Below, piece after piece: positions 60,833 to 64,000 of a stretch of 64,000 nucleotides of DNA. The notes beneath the pieces were generated by a model. It saw only the letters and a program-made list of their open reading frames with translations. It was not told the origin of the DNA and did no database searches. This stretch comes from Macrostomum lignano (Eukaryota), in the NCBI GenBank assembly GCA_002269645.1, contig NIVC01002985.1, positions 63,377-127,376 of the forward strand, given 5' to 3'. Each line of letters opens with the position of its first letter. The stretch's first letter is position 1. The translations under genes and the position numbers were made by a program.

Positions 60833-61490
60833 GTAGACAAACTGTACATGCTCACAGTCAGAGACATTAGACAAACTGCACATGCTCACAGTCAGAGACA
60901 TTAGACAAACTGTACATGCTCACAGTCAGAGACATTAGACAAACTGTACATGCTCACAGTCAGAGACATTAGACAAACTGTACATGCTCACAGTCAGAGA
61001 CATTAGACGAACAGCACATGCTCACAGTCGGAGACAGATAAATTACACATGCTCACAGTCATTGGACAAACTACACATGCTCACAGTCATTGGACAAACT
61101 ACACATGCTCACAGTCATTGGACAAACTACACATGCTCACAGTCGGAGACAGATAAATTACACATGCTCACAGTCATTGGACAAACTACACATGCTCACA
61201 GTCATTGGACAAACTACACATGCTCACAGTCATTGGACAAACTACACATGCTCACAGTCATTGGACAAACAGCACATGCTCACAGTCATTGGAAAAGCTT
61301 CAAATGCTCACAGTCATCGGACAAACTACACATACTCACAGTCATTGGACAAACTACACATGCTCACAGTCATTGGACAAGCTACACATGCTCACAGTCA
61401 TTGGACAAACAGCACATGCTCACATTCATTGGACAAGCTACACATGCTCACAGTCATTGGACAAGCTTACAAATTCTCACAGACATTTTA
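60833..61490. repeat. 34/28-bp minisatellite (AGACAAACTGTACATGCTCACAGTCAGAGACATT grading to GGACAAACTACACATGCTCACAGTCATT)
   Basis: Direct reading. Confidence 0.93.
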
Positions 61491-63854
61491 TAAGCTTCAC
61501 ATGCTCATAGCTAGAGACTACTTCAGGAGGTTCCTTGCCTGGAAACTTCATAATTATACAATTAGCTCTCAATTACAATTAGTTTTATTATCATAATTGT
61601 AAGCAGTTCAGTTATGCAACTTCCAACCGCAAAATAGACTGGTTGCTCATCAAAGCTACGAACAGCGATATCCCCGCATTAGACCCGGATCCTTAGTCTC
61701 TACTCTCGCTGTTGCATCCTTGTACAGCTGCATCTGTCTCCCAACTCATAATGCGAGTCCAATATCGCCCATGCCTAATCAGGATTGAGTCCTGCAGTTT
61801 TCTGCTCACGCCTAATGCTCTGAATCCATGCTGCATACTGGGCAGAGTAGAGAGTCGCAGTCAAGTCCATTACAGTTCCTGAGATGCCCTCCTCAACAGT
61901 CAGTCGCTCGCCATTGGCCTCCCGGACTAGCGGTCCCCCCTCACGATTCTCCCCATTAGACCGACGATCTAGCATGCCTCATCTGCTGCGCAGCGCATTC
62001 TGACTCAGCTTGAGCAGACGACTCAGCCAGCCATGCTCGGCGGCACTAACGGTGCTGGAAGACATCCAGTTTAGTATTTTAGTCAATAGAATCGCTTCAA
62101 ACAAAGGTATTGCTAAACACTACAAAGTCAGAACGCCAAGTCTGCTTCTCTCACTCGTCTGGTCATTCAATTTCTAGTCTGGAGTCCCAGTCCCGAACTC
62201 TTATAGCCGTACCCCAACCTAGATGGACGAAGGTCCATACTACAGGGATATTGACCATAGAACTGCCAGAGGACCAAGACGATCATTTTCCAGGTGAGTG
62301 AAACTGATTATCGCATTATAATAATCTGATATAACAAATACAGTTGATGGATTGCTTAGTAAGTTAGCATAAGTAAGGACTTCTGGATTTATCGCTGGAG
62401 TTTACTCCCATCGAGGAGGCTATTAATAATCGTAATTCTATTGTAACGAAACCTGTGTCTAGCATCACACAGAGTGTACAGACGTACTGTTTTGACCTTC
62501 TCCTCATCAGGTAGAGTACGAATACACACTCAATGCTTTGTAGTTGGCCCTCAGGCCCCCAGAGGGTCAACCTTTGATGGGTCACCTTGCTTCCTCAGTA
62601 GCTCTGGGTCGACAGTAGCCTTGAGTTGCGGCGTTGCATTGACTCAGAAGCCTCTGATTTGATTCCTGCCTATCAGAAAGCGAACTTCAGCCCAGATTTT
62701 TGTCAAATTAATAATTTAAAACTTCAATCACGTTCTAAATTTCAAGCTGTGGTCTTCGTAACATCTCGAACATACATCCGATTGCTAGGCCACAGTTCGT
62801 TAATCTAAGAACCAATCGACCAGGGATTACTAGCTCAGTCGGAATGGAGCTTGAGCTAAAATGCTCGAAGGATTATTTCCCCTCCTACTCAGGATCCCGG
62901 ACACAGTCCTCCCCAAGCCTCCGAGAGCAGTGATCTCAGCGACTCAAGCTAAATCAAAATCCGAAAGGATTAATTTGTGCTTCGCTGACACGCATATACG
63001 CAACTCTCGCTTCTGAGAGAAGCTGGACACTCGTGCTCATTTTTTCGACTTTATCCTCGAATAGATGGGAGGCATGATTCAATCTTCCCCTACGAGAGCC
63101 CGGTGAACCAGGTCACCGACCGGTTTCAGACTCCATGAATAATTTGTGAACGAAAGTGAATTGAAACTTTCAATCGAGGGTTCGAGAGCATTGTACAAGG
63201 ACTCCTGCTTGTCGAGCAAATGACCCCAACAGCTTTCGATCAGCTGCACTTTTCTCCCTACTCAGTCCAGGACCCAGCTCTGTAGGAGCACTAGGTCAGA
63301 AGAGATGAAGTAATTATATTATCTATATCACCTGTCTCTCGCATTGTCTTACTCTAAGATCACGGAGCTACTCTTACCGAAATAATTTTACAGGCAACGT
63401 TGCACTACAGTAGGAGCTATTACGACATTTAAAAGAACGCAGCGTTAATGATTGCATGGATTACAGCTTGATGCTCAAAGGCTATTGGGACACTATATTT
63501 AGTCATGAATAGTTCGTAATTGCACGTCTCAGGTCGAGAAAGTCATGCCACGGGTTTTGCCACAAAGGAAATTGAATTACGCTGTAATCTGTGTACCGTT
63601 GCTCCTGTCTATCTGTAGTCGTGTCGCTTCAGGTCGAAATTACGCGCCGTAAAAGACTGCACCGTAACGGCCGCAACCAGTCAGTCGCCGGAAAAATATG
63701 GCGCTACAGCCGCGCCAAAGCCATGTGCATTCATGCAGTGCAATGTGGGTTCCGCGGGTAATGCCGGACAAACAATGCTTTTCTGGGCCAGCTGATGCAG
63801 AGCTGACAAAGAGAAAGAGAAATCGATGTACGTACAGACAGTGTGCTGCTAATC

Positions 63855-63865
63855 TGTCTGCTATC

Positions 63866-63896
<31 letters not shown>

Positions 63897-63914
63897 CTAT
63901 CTTTATCTATCTAT

Positions 63915-63959
<45 letters not shown>

Positions 63960-64000
63960 TCTATCTATCGATATCTATCTATCTATCTATCTATCTATCT
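63855..64000. repeat. (CTAT)n microsatellite
   Basis: Direct reading. Confidence 0.97.

Noticed and set aside
61650-63330. Decayed retroelement-like coding fragments on minus (QLYKDATARVETKD; KVQLIESCWGHLLDKQESLYNAL)
   Set aside because: Short interrupted frames without a diagnostic motif such as YADD or a zinc knuckle; cannot be classified by eye.
63640-63680. GCCGTAAAAGAC resembling the start of a flatworm spliced-leader sequence
   Set aside because: The match is limited to about 10 nt, with no following leader, donor or Sm site.

Overview
Eukaryotic, intron-rich animal genomic DNA. GC-rich, poly-Q-rich exons with introns filled by tandem repeats suggest an invertebrate, possibly a free-living flatworm such as Macrostomum (inference from style only). 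Four spliced protein-coding genes could be reconstructed by hand, with GT-AG sites and consistent phases. (1) A 13-exon receptor guanylyl cyclase (minus, 3096-15766, about 1112 aa). (2) BPTF/NURF301 (plus, 23035-35904, about 1990 aa, first exon not found). (3) A short-form BET double-bromodomain protein (minus, 37784-41568, 696 aa), tail-to-tail with BPTF. (4) A two-TM protein with a long disordered tail carrying 17 RPx[S/T]A motifs (minus, 50476-53555, 864 aa). Non-coding DNA holds about 30 distinct micro/minisatellite arrays, several non-autonomous DNA transposons, a three-layer nest (TIR element containing a tRNA-derived SINE and a decayed Tc1/IS630 element), diverged SINE copies and a perfect 32-bp hairpin. 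The most interesting signals are: intron-private repeat arrays with possible splicing roles (a 1-kb ACUAAC array abutting a 3' splice site, complementary arrays flanking GC exons 4-12, and a repeat-derived candidate terminal exon that would truncate BPTF); repeat cores shared between neighbouring genes; and clusters of the palindromes TACATGTA and TAGGCCTA that may be transposon excision footprints. Most ORF-track entries are repeat or antisense artefacts. No rRNA, canonical tRNA or CRISPR array was seen.
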